Assembly: GCA_046758465.1 (NCBI GenBank)
Contig: JBHIAG010000003.1
Span: forward strand, 1-51,665
Source of the DNA: Terriglobia bacterium
GTDB taxonomy: Bacteria; Acidobacteriota; Terriglobia; Acidiferrales; 2-02-FULL-67-57
Reading direction: 5' to 3'
Length of the DNA stretch: 51,665 nucleotides
The notes below the pieces were generated by a model. The model had not been told where the DNA came from and searched no databases. It saw nothing but the letters and a program-made list of their open reading frames with translations. Positions 1-9,222 of this stretch are shown piece by piece. Numbering within the stretch: position 1 is the stretch's first letter; the number at the start of each line of letters is the position of its first letter. The position numbers and the translations under genes are program-made.

Positions 1-5
1 CGGCG

Positions 6-34
6 TTGACGCCGGTCGGAACTTTCTCTAGCAT
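6..34 (+). promoter_or_regulatory. sigma-70-type promoter for the ABC exporter operon
   Basis: TTGACG (6-11), 17-nt spacer, TAGCAT (29-34); ATG at 71. Confidence 0.55.
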
Positions 35-70
35 ACCCTTCCGGGATTCGCGGCGGGCGTTTCCCACGCC

Positions 71-1039
71 ATGTCCTTGCCTCAGTTCAGCCAACCCATC
101 ATCGAAATCCGCAACCTCCGCAAGGTTTACGGCAACCGAGCTCGGACCGTCGTCGCACTGGATGGCATCAATTTGACTGTTTACCGCGGCGAAGTGCTGG
201 GTTTGCTCGGGACTAATGGCGCCGGTAAGACTACCACGCTCGGCATCCTCACCACCCGCATCAAGCCCACCTCGGGCTGGGCGCGCGTGGCTTCGATTGA
301 CCCCGTTGAACAACCCATCGAGTTGAAGAAAATCATCGCGGTTGTGCCCCAGCAGATGAACCTCGACCGCAGCCTCCGCGTCCGCGAGAACTTGCTCTTT
401 CACGCCGAATACTTTGGCATTCCCAAGGCTGTGCGCCAGCAACGCGCTGACCACCTGCTCACCTGGTTGCAGTTGCGCGAGCGCGCCGACGACAAAATCG
501 ACCACCTCTCCGGCGGCATGCGCCAGCGCCTGATGATTGCCCGTGCCCTTATGCACGAGCCGCAGATCCTCTTCCTTGACGAGGCCACGCTCGGCCTCGA
601 TCCCCCCTCCCGCTTGCTCATTTGGGACAAGATCCGCGAGTTGCGTCAGCAGGGACTCACCATCATCCTCACCACCCACTACATGGAGGAAGCCGAGGAG
701 TTGTGCACCCGCGTCGCCATCATCGACCAGGGCCGCATCCTCGCCCTGAACACTCCGGGCGAGTTGAAGCGCCTGCTGCCGGGCGGCGAAGTCATTGAGC
801 TCGAGTTCCGCCAGGCGCCGCCGGACATTCTCGACCGACTGCGTGGCGTGGACAGCCTGGTCCGCGCCGAACGCGACGGCGCACGCGTCCGTCTCTACGT
901 GGGTTCGTCCGGGCAGGCCCTGCCGCGCGTCATGCAAGCCCTCGACACCCAGGTGCACGAACTCCTCCACGTCCACCTCGCCCCCGTCACCCTCGAAGAC
1001 CTCTTCATCTACCTTACCGGCCGGGGACTGCGCGAATGA
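71..1039 (+). CDS. ABC-2 exporter ATP-binding subunit (DrrA/NodI-like)
   Basis: Walker A GTNGAGKTT, signature LSGGM, Walker B ILFLDE, H-loop TTHYMEEAE, C-terminal LEDLFIYLTG. Confidence 0.93.
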   Translation: MSLPQFSQPIIEIRNLRKVYGNRARTVVALDGINLTVYRGEVLGLLGTNGAGKTTTLGILTTRIKPTSGWARVASIDPVEQPIELKKIIAVVPQQMNLDRSLRVRENLLFHAEYFGIPKAVRQQRADHLLTWLQLRERADDKIDHLSGGMRQRLMIARALMHEPQILFLDEATLGLDPPSRLLIWDKIRELRQQGLTIILTTHYMEEAEELCTRVAIIDQGRILALNTPGELKRLLPGGEVIELEFRQAPPDILDRLRGVDSLVRAERDGARVRLYVGSSGQALPRVMQALDTQVHELLHVHLAPVTLEDLFIYLTGRGLRE

Positions 1040-1806
1040 ACTGGCGCACCTTCCTAGCGCTGCTGCACCGCGACCTCGTGGTCAGCCTCCGCGACCTGTT
1101 TTCCTTCCTCGTGCGCACCCTCGTCCAGCCGGCCTTCCTGGTGGTCATTCTGGGCAACGTGATGCCGCGCCTCGGCCTGGTCGCGCCTGACCTGACCACC
1201 ATCATGCTCCCGGGTATTATTGCCTTGAGCATGCTCTTCGCTGGCATGCAGGCTGTCGCCATGCCCCTGATCTTCGAGTTTGGCTACACAAAAGAGATTG
1301 AAGACCGCCTGCTCGCCCCCATCGGCATGCGCACCATCGCGGTGGAAAAGATTGTCATGGGAGCCTTCCAGGCCGTGCTGGCTGGCGTGGCGATTTTGCC
1401 CCTCAGCGTCTACTTGATGTACGGCGAAGTCCAGCTCGACTTCTCCCACCCCATCATTCTGGTCAGCGTCATCCTAGGCATCGCCATCGTCTCGGCTGCG
1501 TTCGGACTCTTTTTGGGTTCCGTTGTCGACCCGCAGAAGATTGGCCTGATGATGTCAGTGATTGTGGCGCCGATTCTCTTTTTCGGCTGCACCTACTATC
1601 CCTGGCATGGGTTGGAAGCCCTACCCTGGCTGCAAAAAGCGGTACTGCTGAATCCGCTCGTCTACGCCAGCGAAGGCCTGCGCGCCGCGCTCACGCCCCA
1701 GGTGCCCCACATGGGCCTGCTGCGCATCTACCTCGGCCTGGGGACCAGTATAATCCTGTTTGTCCTCCTCGGCATCTGGGGCTTCTGCCGACGCATCACC
1801 ATCTAA
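1036..1806 (+). CDS. ABC-2 type permease
   Basis: About six hydrophobic segments and NPLVYASEGLR motif; ATGA overlap with the ATPase gene. Confidence 0.9.
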   Translation: MNWRTFLALLHRDLVVSLRDLFSFLVRTLVQPAFLVVILGNVMPRLGLVAPDLTTIMLPGIIALSMLFAGMQAVAMPLIFEFGYTKEIEDRLLAPIGMRTIAVEKIVMGAFQAVLAGVAILPLSVYLMYGEVQLDFSHPIILVSVILGIAIVSAAFGLFLGSVVDPQKIGLMMSVIVAPILFFGCTYYPWHGLEALPWLQKAVLLNPLVYASEGLRAALTPQVPHMGLLRIYLGLGTSIILFVLLGIWGFCRRITI

Positions 1807-1864
1807 CCCCCTCCGCCCTGCCACACCTCTACCTGCACCGAGCCTTTGGGAAGCCAGCAAGGCG

Positions 1865-1931
1865 TGGGTAGGGCATGGCCTTGCGCCTTGCCGCAGACAG
1901 GGCGTCAGGGGACAAGCCCCTGCCCTACCCA
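1865..1931. repeat. GTAG-type REP-like inverted doublet between convergent genes
   Basis: TGGGTAGGGCA (1865-1875) is the exact reverse complement of TGCCCTACCCA (1921-1931). Each arm is GTAG followed by an imperfect hairpin, e.g. GTAGGGCAGGGGCTTGTCCCCTG on the minus strand. Confidence 0.65.
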
Positions 1932-2056
1932 GACATTTTCTCTGCCTAGGAGGGCGGGTGCGCAGCACCGCTTCCAAAACTGACATGCTCTACACAGCTT
2001 GGAAGGGGTGCTCTGCACCCGCACTGCCGCGGGGTGTGCTCACCGGCGTCCTCGCC

Positions 2057-2587
2057 CTAACGGCCTGCTCCAGCCGGGACGTTGGTGCGGGCGAGCTGAG
2101 TCAGATAAAAGACCATTTCCGGGCTGTCCCACTGGTAGGGACCGGCCAGCTTGCGGTTTATGCGACCTTCCCGATCAATGATGAAGGTTTCCGGGAACTT
2201 CGTGGTTCCGTAGTGGAGAGCGATTTGCCCGCTGGGGTCGCGGTGGTTGGGGAAGCTGATTTGAAAGTCGCGGAGGAATTTCTCGTAGGCGGCCGCATCC
2301 GTATCCACGCTCACGCCCAGCACCACCACGCCTTGGTCACGCAGCTTGCGGTGCAGGCGCTCGAGCGAGGGCATCTCTTCGACGCACGGCGGGCACCAGG
2401 TGGCCCAAAAGTTCAGCACCACCACCTGGCCGCGGAGCTCGCTTAAGCGATGTGTCTCGCCCTCCCAGGTGAAACTGAAATCGGGCGCGGGCGGCGGCGG
2501 CTGGCTGCGCCGGTCGGGCAGGAACAACGCGGCCAGAAGCAGCAGTGCCCCTACGCCCACCGCTGCCGAGATGAGTTTACCTTTCAC
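2057..2587 (-). CDS. TlpA/ResA-family thiol-disulfide oxidoreductase
   Basis: N-terminal membrane anchor, NFWATWCPPC active site, FPETFIID cis-Pro motif. Confidence 0.92.
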   Translation of the reverse strand: MKGKLISAAVGVGALLLLAALFLPDRRSQPPPPAPDFSFTWEGETHRLSELRGQVVVLNFWATWCPPCVEEMPSLERLHRKLRDQGVVVLGVSVDTDAAAYEKFLRDFQISFPNHRDPSGQIALHYGTTKFPETFIIDREGRINRKLAGPYQWDSPEMVFYLTQLARTNVPAGAGR

Positions 2588-2654
2588 TGTCGCGCCCTAA
2601 ATCCGCTATAATTTTGAGTTTGCGCCGGAAGCCAAGTCGCTGCCGTGTGCTGCC

Positions 2655-3683
2655 ATGATGCCTGCAACACCACAGCTCAGTGCCATTGTACCCGCGCGCA
2701 ACGAGGAAGCCAACATCGCAGCCGCCGTCGAATCGCTTGCCGGGCAGAGCGTGCCGCTGGAAATCATCGTCGTCAACGACGCTTCCACCGACGCCACTCA
2801 GGCGATTTTAGAGCAACTGAAAGCCCGCCTGCCGCAACTGCGTGTCATCAACAACCACGCGGTGCCTGACGGTTGGGTGGGGAAGAGCTACGCCATCAGC
2901 CGCGGCGTCGAGCAGGCGCGGGCACCCTGGCTGCTGTTCACCGACGCCGATGTCCGCCACCAACCGCAGGCGGCGGAAAAGGGCCTGGCCGTGGCGCGCA
3001 AGACGGGTGCGGCGCTCGTCTCCTACTCGCCGGAACAGGAGATGCACACCTGGTGGGAACGCGCTGTCATTCCCCTGGTCTATTGCCGCCTGGCGAAACA
3101 GTTCTCCTACCAGAAAGTCAGCGACCACTACCATTGGGCCGCAGCGGCCAACGGCCAGTGGTTGTTGATGTCGCGTATCGCCTATGACGCGGTTGGCGGC
3201 CACGCCGCCGTCCGCAACGCTATTCTGGAGGACGTGGCCCTGGCCCGCCGCGTCAAGCAGACCGGCTGCCGCATCTATTTCGCCCGTGGTACCGACATCG
3301 CCACCACCCGCATGTATCGGCGCTTTGACGAGATGTGGCAAGGGTGGTCGAAAAATTTATTTCTCCTCTTTGACCGGCGGCGCACGGCGGTGTTCTGGTC
3401 AGTGGCGGTGGCGACGCTCGACGCGGCCACGCTGCTGCTGACGTTGGGGGCCTGGGCAGGCGGTGCGGGCCTGGTAGCCGCCATCGCCGCGGGCCTGCTC
3501 GTCTTCCGCCATCTGCAATATGCTGGCGCGCTCCTACGTAACCGCTACCCGCTCTCGAGCCTGCTCTACTATGAAATCGGGAACGCCCTGGTCGCGGTGA
3601 TGATGCTAAATTCGGCCCGGAAGTATTTGCGCGGCGAGCCGGTCGAATGGAAGGGACGCCGCTACGCGGTGACAAGCGAGTGA
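2655..3683 (+). CDS. GT2 glycosyltransferase (CrtQ/CruC/HpnB-like, probable lipid acceptor)
   Basis: IVPARNEE, DASTD, GWVGK, FTDAD, ANGQ, ILEDV, RMY motifs, C-terminal TM helices and WKGRRY end. Confidence 0.85.
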   Translation: MMPATPQLSAIVPARNEEANIAAAVESLAGQSVPLEIIVVNDASTDATQAILEQLKARLPQLRVINNHAVPDGWVGKSYAISRGVEQARAPWLLFTDADVRHQPQAAEKGLAVARKTGAALVSYSPEQEMHTWWERAVIPLVYCRLAKQFSYQKVSDHYHWAAAANGQWLLMSRIAYDAVGGHAAVRNAILEDVALARRVKQTGCRIYFARGTDIATTRMYRRFDEMWQGWSKNLFLLFDRRRTAVFWSVAVATLDAATLLLTLGAWAGGAGLVAAIAAGLLVFRHLQYAGALLRNRYPLSSLLYYEIGNALVAVMMLNSARKYLRGEPVEWKGRRYAVTSE

Positions 3684-3847
3684 TCTATCGCACGCCCGAA
3701 ATCGAGTTCTTCGTCGCGCACGACTACCACCATCCCCAGCATCTCTTGGACAGGGAGTTTTCCGGCGCCGCCATTGATCGCCTCCGCCTGGAAGAGACCA
3801 GCGCGAATGCATTTGAGTTTGCCGGAGACAAGGAAGGACAGCGATGA
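3680..3847 (+). pseudogene. Internally deleted 6-carboxy/6-pyruvoyl-tetrahydropterin synthase (QueD/PTPS) relic, 55 aa
   Basis: GTG overlaps the GT2 stop, and its TGA overlaps the folE ATG. MIYRTPEIEFFVAHDYHHP resembles the PTPS N-terminus (xYLTRxxEFSAxH) and [18 protein letters not shown] resembles the PTPS C-terminus (VRLxETxxNxFEY). The central CxxxxxHGHNY core is absent. Confidence 0.65.
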
Positions 3848-4449
3848 AGACCCATACCGTGGAGAGCGCCCAACGGGAGCGCAGCCAGGAGCTGCAAGAT
3901 CTGGTACGCCACCTGCTCGTCCTGCTCGGAGAAGATCCGGGGCGCGAAGGGCTGCGCCACACGCCCGCGCGCATGGCACGCGCCCTCCACTTCCTGACCT
4001 CAGGCTACCAACAAGACCCCGAGAAGGTCATCAACGCCGCCACCTATGCAGTGGCCTACGATGAAATGGTCATCGTAAAAGACATTGAAGTCTTCAGTCT
4101 CTGCGAACATCATCTGTTGCCGTTTTTCGGCAAGTGCCACGTCGCCTACATCCCTAACCAGAAGGTCGTGGGACTCAGCAAGATTCCGCGGTTGGTGAAC
4201 CTGTTTGCGCGCCGGCTGCAGATACAGGAGCGGCTGACGAATCAGATCGCGCAGACGCTATGGGAGACGCTCGAGCCGCAAGGCGTAGGCGTGGTCGTCG
4301 AGGCGCGCCACCTCTGCATGGTGATGCGGGGGGTCGAAAAGCAGCATTCCGTCGCCGTCACCAGCGCCATGCTCGGCTCCTTTCGGGAAGACCTGCAAAC
4401 CCGCCAAGAGTTCTTGGCCTTGGTGCGGCCGCCGAACCATGGGCTCTGA
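3844..4449 (+). CDS. folE: GTP cyclohydrolase I
   Basis: [46 protein letters not shown]. Confidence 0.97.
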   Translation: MKTHTVESAQRERSQELQDLVRHLLVLLGEDPGREGLRHTPARMARALHFLTSGYQQDPEKVINAATYAVAYDEMVIVKDIEVFSLCEHHLLPFFGKCHVAYIPNQKVVGLSKIPRLVNLFARRLQIQERLTNQIAQTLWETLEPQGVGVVVEARHLCMVMRGVEKQHSVAVTSAMLGSFREDLQTRQEFLALVRPPNHGL

Positions 4450-4537
4450 GGCCAACTTGCCGCTTGGCTCCGGCCACCACCTTGTGGTAACCTAGTGCAG
4501 GAATAAAGAGAGAAACGGAGAGCAGCGCACGGGTTCG

Positions 4538-4807
4538 ATGGGATTCCCGAAGGAAGTGAAAGCAGAGTTGATCGAGCACCACCGACTCCACGAATCCGAT
4601 ACCGGGTCTCCCGAGGTCCAGATCGCGATCCTCAGTGAGCGCATCAACCATTTGACAGAACATTTCAAGATGCACCGCAAGGATCATGCCTCGCGGCGCG
4701 GCCTGATTATGATGGTCAGCAAACGCCGCCGCCTGCTGGACTATCTGAAGAACAACGACCCGACGCGTTACAAAGAAATTGTCGAGAAACTCGGACTGCG
4801 AAAGTAA
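4538..4807 (+). CDS. rpsO: 30S ribosomal protein S15
   Basis: [26 protein letters not shown]; 89 aa; lies upstream of pnp. Confidence 0.98.
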   Translation: MGFPKEVKAELIEHHRLHESDTGSPEVQIAILSERINHLTEHFKMHRKDHASRRGLIMMVSKRRRLLDYLKNNDPTRYKEIVEKLGLRK

Positions 4808-4854
4808 GAGGTCGCCCGATTCGGGCGAAACAACCGCACGGACCAGCAAGGGGA

Positions 4855-4894
4855 GCGACCCGAACCTGTCTCCGGGTCGCGGGTCGATTTTTTT
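4855..4894 (+). terminator. Hairpin plus T-run between rpsO and pnp (terminator/attenuator candidate)
   Basis: GCGACCCG (4855-4862) can pair with CGGGTCGC (4873-4880) or CGGGTCG (4880-4886); T7 follows at 4888-4894. Confidence 0.55.
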
Positions 4895-4942
4895 GGGGGC
4901 TCCAAGCACCCCCTAAGCCATGACCTCGGCGGGCGCCCCCAC

Positions 4943-7021
4943 GTGATCGAAACCGGTCGCCTCGCCAAACAAGCCAACGGCAGCGCCTACGTGCGCTATG
5001 GCGACACGATTGTCATAGTGGCTGCCTGCGCGGAATGGGAACCCAGACAAGACCGCGGCTTCCTGCCCCTGACCTGCGACTACCGCGAATACCAGTACGC
5101 CGCTGGGCGCATTCCCGGCGGCTTCTTCAAGCGCGAAGGCCGGCCCAGCGAAAAAGAAATCATCAGCTGCCGCTTGATTGACCGTCCCCTGCGTCCGCTC
5201 TTCCCCGAAGGCTACCGCAACGAAACTCAGGTCATCGCGCTCGTCATCTCGGCCGACACCGACAATAATCCCGACGTCATCAGCATCGTGGGCGCCTCGG
5301 CGGCCCTTTACGTCTCTGACATCCCCTTCGACAAGCCCATCGCTGCCGTGCGCGTCGGCCTGGTGGACGGCCGCTTGGTCGCCAACCCCACCTACGCGGA
5401 GTTGAAAACGAGTTTGCTGAACATCGTCGTCGCGGCCACTGAAGAGGCGCTGGTGATGGTGGAAGCCGGCGCCCAGGAAGTGACAGAAGAAACCATTAGT
5501 GACGCGCTCGCCTTCGCCCACGCTGAGATCAGAAAAATCATCGCCGGCATTCGCCAGCTCCACGACGCCCTCCAACCCCAGAAGTGGCCGGTCACGCCCC
5601 CGGCCGTGAACCAGGAGTTCTATCAGGAAATCGAAGGGAAGTACCGCAGCCGGCTCGCCGAAGCCTTGAACACCGAGATTCACAAGAAGAAGGAGAGCCA
5701 TCGGCTCGTCGAGGCTTTGAAGAAAGAGCTGACCGAATCCATCCCGGAGGAGGACGAGGAACAACGGCGGGAGGCGGTGCGCTACTTCGAAAGGGTACGC
5801 GAGCGTATCTTCCGCGACGACATCCTCGTCCGGCGCCGCCGCCCCGACGGCCGTGCCTTCGACCAAATCCGCCCGGTGACCTGTGAAGTCGGCACCTTGC
5901 CCCGCGTCCACGGCTCGGCGCTATTTACTCGTGGGGAGACCCAGGCCCTGGTGACGGTCACGCTCGGCACCCGCCAGGACATCCAGCGGCTCGACCTGCT
6001 CGAGGAAGAGGAAGCCTTCAAGCGCTTTATGCTCCACTATAACTTCCCGCCGTTCTCGGTCGGCGAGGTCAAGTTTCTGCGCGGGCCCGCCCGGCGCGAG
6101 ATCGGTCACGGGGCGTTGGCCGAGCGCGGCCTGCGTGGCCAGATTCCCGGGGAAGAGACCTTCCCCTATACCATCCGCATCGTCTCTGACATCCTCGAGT
6201 CGAACGGCTCCTCTTCGATGGCCACCGCCTGCGGGGGCTCGCTCGCGCTGATGGATGCCGGCGTACCCGTCAAGGCCGCGATCGGCGGCATCGCCCTGGG
6301 CCTGGTGCTGGGCGAAGACGGCAACTACGCGATCCTCACCGACATTGCCGGCGCGGAAGACCACTATGGCGATATGGATTTCAAAGTCGCCGGCACCCGC
6401 AAGGGTATCACCGCCCTGCAGATGGACATCAAGGTTGCCGGCGTCACGCCTGCAATTCTCATCGAGGCGCTCCAGCAGGCGGAAAAAGCCCGGCTGGAAA
6501 TCCTCGACGTGATGGACCGCACGCTGGCAGCTCCGCGGCCGGCCCTCTCGCCCTACGCACCGCGCATCTTCACGCTGACCATTCAGAAGGACAAAATTGG
6601 CGACCTGATCGGCCCCGGCGGAAAGATGATTCGCTCCATCATCGAGGCCACCGGGGTCAAGATTGACGTCCTCGAAGATGGGCGCGTGCATGTCTTCGCG
6701 GTCGATGAGGTCTCAGCCAAAAAAGCCATGCAGATGATCCAGGACATAACCGCCGTCGCCGAAGTCGGCAAGGTTTACCTCGGCAAAGTGGCGCGGCTGG
6801 CTGATTTTGGCGCCTTCGTCGAAATCTTTCCCGGCACCGACGGCCTGTTGCACATCAGCGAGGTCGCCGAACACCGCATCCGCGCCGTCCGTGACGAACT
6901 CAGGGAAGGCGACCAGGTCCTGGTCAAGGTCCTCTCTGTCGAAGGGAACAAGATCCGCCTCAGCCGCAAAGCTGTGCTGCGCGAACAGCGCGAAAAACAG
7001 CGCCGCGCGGCGACCCCCTAG
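4943..7021 (+). CDS. pnp: Polyribonucleotide nucleotidyltransferase (PNPase); 5' end uncertain
   Basis: ETGRLAKQA, IPGGFFKREGRP, FTRGETQ, RREIGHG, ESNGSSSMA, DMDFKVAG, KH (IGPGGK) and S1 domains. Confidence 0.97.
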   Translation: MIETGRLAKQANGSAYVRYGDTIVIVAACAEWEPRQDRGFLPLTCDYREYQYAAGRIPGGFFKREGRPSEKEIISCRLIDRPLRPLFPEGYRNETQVIALVISADTDNNPDVISIVGASAALYVSDIPFDKPIAAVRVGLVDGRLVANPTYAELKTSLLNIVVAATEEALVMVEAGAQEVTEETISDALAFAHAEIRKIIAGIRQLHDALQPQKWPVTPPAVNQEFYQEIEGKYRSRLAEALNTEIHKKKESHRLVEALKKELTESIPEEDEEQRREAVRYFERVRERIFRDDILVRRRRPDGRAFDQIRPVTCEVGTLPRVHGSALFTRGETQALVTVTLGTRQDIQRLDLLEEEEAFKRFMLHYNFPPFSVGEVKFLRGPARREIGHGALAERGLRGQIPGEETFPYTIRIVSDILESNGSSSMATACGGSLALMDAGVPVKAAIGGIALGLVLGEDGNYAILTDIAGAEDHYGDMDFKVAGTRKGITALQMDIKVAGVTPAILIEALQQAEKARLEILDVMDRTLAAPRPALSPYAPRIFTLTIQKDKIGDLIGPGGKMIRSIIEATGVKIDVLEDGRVHVFAVDEVSAKKAMQMIQDITAVAEVGKVYLGKVARLADFGAFVEIFPGTDGLLHISEVAEHRIRAVRDELREGDQVLVKVLSVEGNKIRLSRKAVLREQREKQRRAATP

Positions 7022-7093
7022 CCACCGAACCGGTGCCCACCCCGTAACCCCGCTGTGGTGTTTGTCTTTGCCCTGGCATAGAATGCGCCCCTG

Positions 7094-7987
7094 ATGCGTG
7101 GCCTGTCGCTGCTCCTGTTCTGCATCCTCAGTTTGATTTGGGGGACGACCTGGCTGGCCATCAAGGTGGTCGTGCGGGAAATGCCCGCCCTCAGCGCCGC
7201 CGCTGTCCGCTTCTTGGCGGCCACGCTCCTGCTGGCTGCCTACGCCCGGCTGGCGGGGCATCGGCTGGGGGGCTTGACGCCGCGTGAGCGCCGGGTCTTG
7301 ACGCTGCTGGCCCTGATCATGATTGGCATTCCCTATGCGTTGGTTTTCTACGGCGAAAAATTTATCAGCTCCGCCTTGACCGCCATCCTGTTCGCCTCCC
7401 ATCCCGCCTTCGTTCTCGTCTTGGGTACCTGCTACGCGCGCCGCAGTCTCTTTACGCCCACCAGGCTGGCCGGCTTGCTGGCTTCCTTTGCGGGGCTGTG
7501 GATCATTTTCGCACCCCGGCTGGCCGGTCCCCCGGCGGAACTGCGCGGCATGATTGCGGTTCTGCTCGCGGCCTTGGTGAGTGCATCGGCGCTGCTGGTG
7601 GCCAAGTACATGCTCGCCGGCATCGACCTCGTAGTGGCAACGACCTGGCAGTTCGCCGGCGGCGGGCTGTTCCTGACGGCGGCCGCCTGGTGGGTGGAGC
7701 GGCCCGTGCTCAGTTCCTATTCACCCGCAGCGTGGCTCGGCCTGGCGTATTTGACCGTGTTTGGTTCCTGCCTCGGCTTTGTCCTGTACTATCGGATGCT
7801 GAGAGACATCGCCCCCCTACAGGCATCGTCGCTCTCGTTCATCACGCCGGTGGTGGCGGTGTTGGCCGGTTGGCTCATTCTGGGCGAGGTTCTCTCCCCG
7901 CGCACACTCGTGGGGGCCGCGACGGTTCTTGCTGGCCTGGGACTCCTTCACCGGCCCCTGCCGGCGCCCGCACCGGCCGGAGACTGA
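7094..7987 (+). CDS. EamA/DMT-family transporter
   Basis: IWGTTW start, two-fold repeat of about ten TM segments, PVVAVLAGWLILGE. Confidence 0.9.
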   Translation: MRGLSLLLFCILSLIWGTTWLAIKVVVREMPALSAAAVRFLAATLLLAAYARLAGHRLGGLTPRERRVLTLLALIMIGIPYALVFYGEKFISSALTAILFASHPAFVLVLGTCYARRSLFTPTRLAGLLASFAGLWIIFAPRLAGPPAELRGMIAVLLAALVSASALLVAKYMLAGIDLVVATTWQFAGGGLFLTAAAWWVERPVLSSYSPAAWLGLAYLTVFGSCLGFVLYYRMLRDIAPLQASSLSFITPVVAVLAGWLILGEVLSPRTLVGAATVLAGLGLLHRPLPAPAPAGD

Positions 7988-7988
7988 A

Positions 7989-8777
7989 ATGCCACTCGCC
8001 TACGTCCTCGCGCTCGTGGTTCTCGGGCTGCTGGCAGGGAGTTTCGGGGCCCTGCTGGGCTTGGGCGGCGGTGTCATCATCGTGCCAGCGCTCACGCTGC
8101 TGTTCGATATGCCGATTCAGATCGCCGTCGGCACCAGCCTGGTGTGCGTAATCGCCACCTCCAGCGCGGCGGCCGCCGTCTACGTGCAGCGGCAACTCGC
8201 CGACACCCGGCTGGGCGTGGTACTGGAGCTGGGTCCGGTTCTGGGAGCGATCACGGGAGCCGTTGCGGTCACCTGGCTGAGTCAGGTGACCTTGCAAATC
8301 ATCTTCGCAGTCTTTTTGTTCACCGCCGCACTGCTGCTGTGGCGGCGCCCCACGCCGGCCGATCTCCCTGGGGGTGCAGTGCCGGACTATCAGGTGCGCA
8401 ACTACCCGCTCGGGATGGGCATCTCCTATCTCGCCGGCGGCGTCTCCGGGATGCTGGGCATCGGTGGCGGGCCCATCAAGGTCCCGCTGATGTACCTCGC
8501 CATGGGTGTCCCCATCAAAGTTGCCGCCGCCACCAGCAACTTCATGATCGGCGTCACCGCCACTGCCAGTGCCTTCCTCTACTACCATCGCGGCAGTGTG
8601 GTGCCCGCCCTCACCGCACCCGTGGTGGTGGGTGTTTTTCTGGGAGCCCTCCTGGGTTCGCGGTGGCTTCGTCGGGTTGAGAGTCGCTGGGTACAAGGGC
8701 TGCTGCTGCTGCTGCTGCTCTACCTGGCAGTCCAGATGCTGCGCGACGCCTTGCCCCTCATCGGAGCCAAGTTGTGA
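7989..8777 (+). CDS. TauE/SafE (TSUP) family exporter
   Basis: GALLGLGGG and GMLGIGGG repeats, AVGTSL, AAATSNFMIG; ATG at 7989 directly after the EamA stop. Confidence 0.9.
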   Translation: MPLAYVLALVVLGLLAGSFGALLGLGGGVIIVPALTLLFDMPIQIAVGTSLVCVIATSSAAAAVYVQRQLADTRLGVVLELGPVLGAITGAVAVTWLSQVTLQIIFAVFLFTAALLLWRRPTPADLPGGAVPDYQVRNYPLGMGISYLAGGVSGMLGIGGGPIKVPLMYLAMGVPIKVAAATSNFMIGVTATASAFLYYHRGSVVPALTAPVVVGVFLGALLGSRWLRRVESRWVQGLLLLLLLYLAVQMLRDALPLIGAKL

Positions 8778-9121
8778 CGCTTCCACCCCAACGCGCCTCG
8801 CAGGCTATCTCGGCTGTCCTGCGCTGGGGCTCCTACCTTTCCACCGCCGTATTGCTGCTGGGCGTGGTATGGATGCTGAGGGCGCCTGATGTGCCGTTGC
8901 GGGTAGGCCCTGCCATGCCGTTGCGCCAGCTCGGCAGGCAACTGGCCGCCGGGAATCCCTATGCGGTGATGCAGCTTGGTATTCTGCTTTTGTTGCTGAC
9001 GCCGCTGCTGCGGATTGTGACGGCCGCGGTGTCGTTTGGGCTGGCTGGAGAGCGGCGCTATGCGCTGGTTTCGCTGGTGGTGTTGAGCCTGATCCTGTTG
9101 GGTCTGCTGGGAGTTGGCTAG
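8774..9121 (+). CDS. DUF1634-type membrane protein (usual TSUP partner)
   Basis: Three TM segments, GILLLLLTPLLRI motif, overlaps the TSUP stop codon. Confidence 0.8.
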   Translation: MTLPPQRASQAISAVLRWGSYLSTAVLLLGVVWMLRAPDVPLRVGPAMPLRQLGRQLAAGNPYAVMQLGILLLLLTPLLRIVTAAVSFGLAGERRYALVSLVVLSLILLGLLGVG

Positions 9122-9222
9122 GGCCGTGTCCAACGTGCGCCTGGACGGTGTCCTATCCCTTCGAGTCTCCATCACGGTTGACTTTCCTTGGTGTTCTCGA
9201 AGCTGATTTAGTTGGAACGGCC

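Noticed and set aside
1760-2446. 228-aa plus-strand ORF spanning the REP region
   Set aside because: Overlaps the permease end, the REP doublet and the antisense strand of tlpA; not protein-like.
8699-8719. GCT trinucleotide run
   Set aside because: In-frame poly-Leu in a TM helix; not a phase-variation tract.
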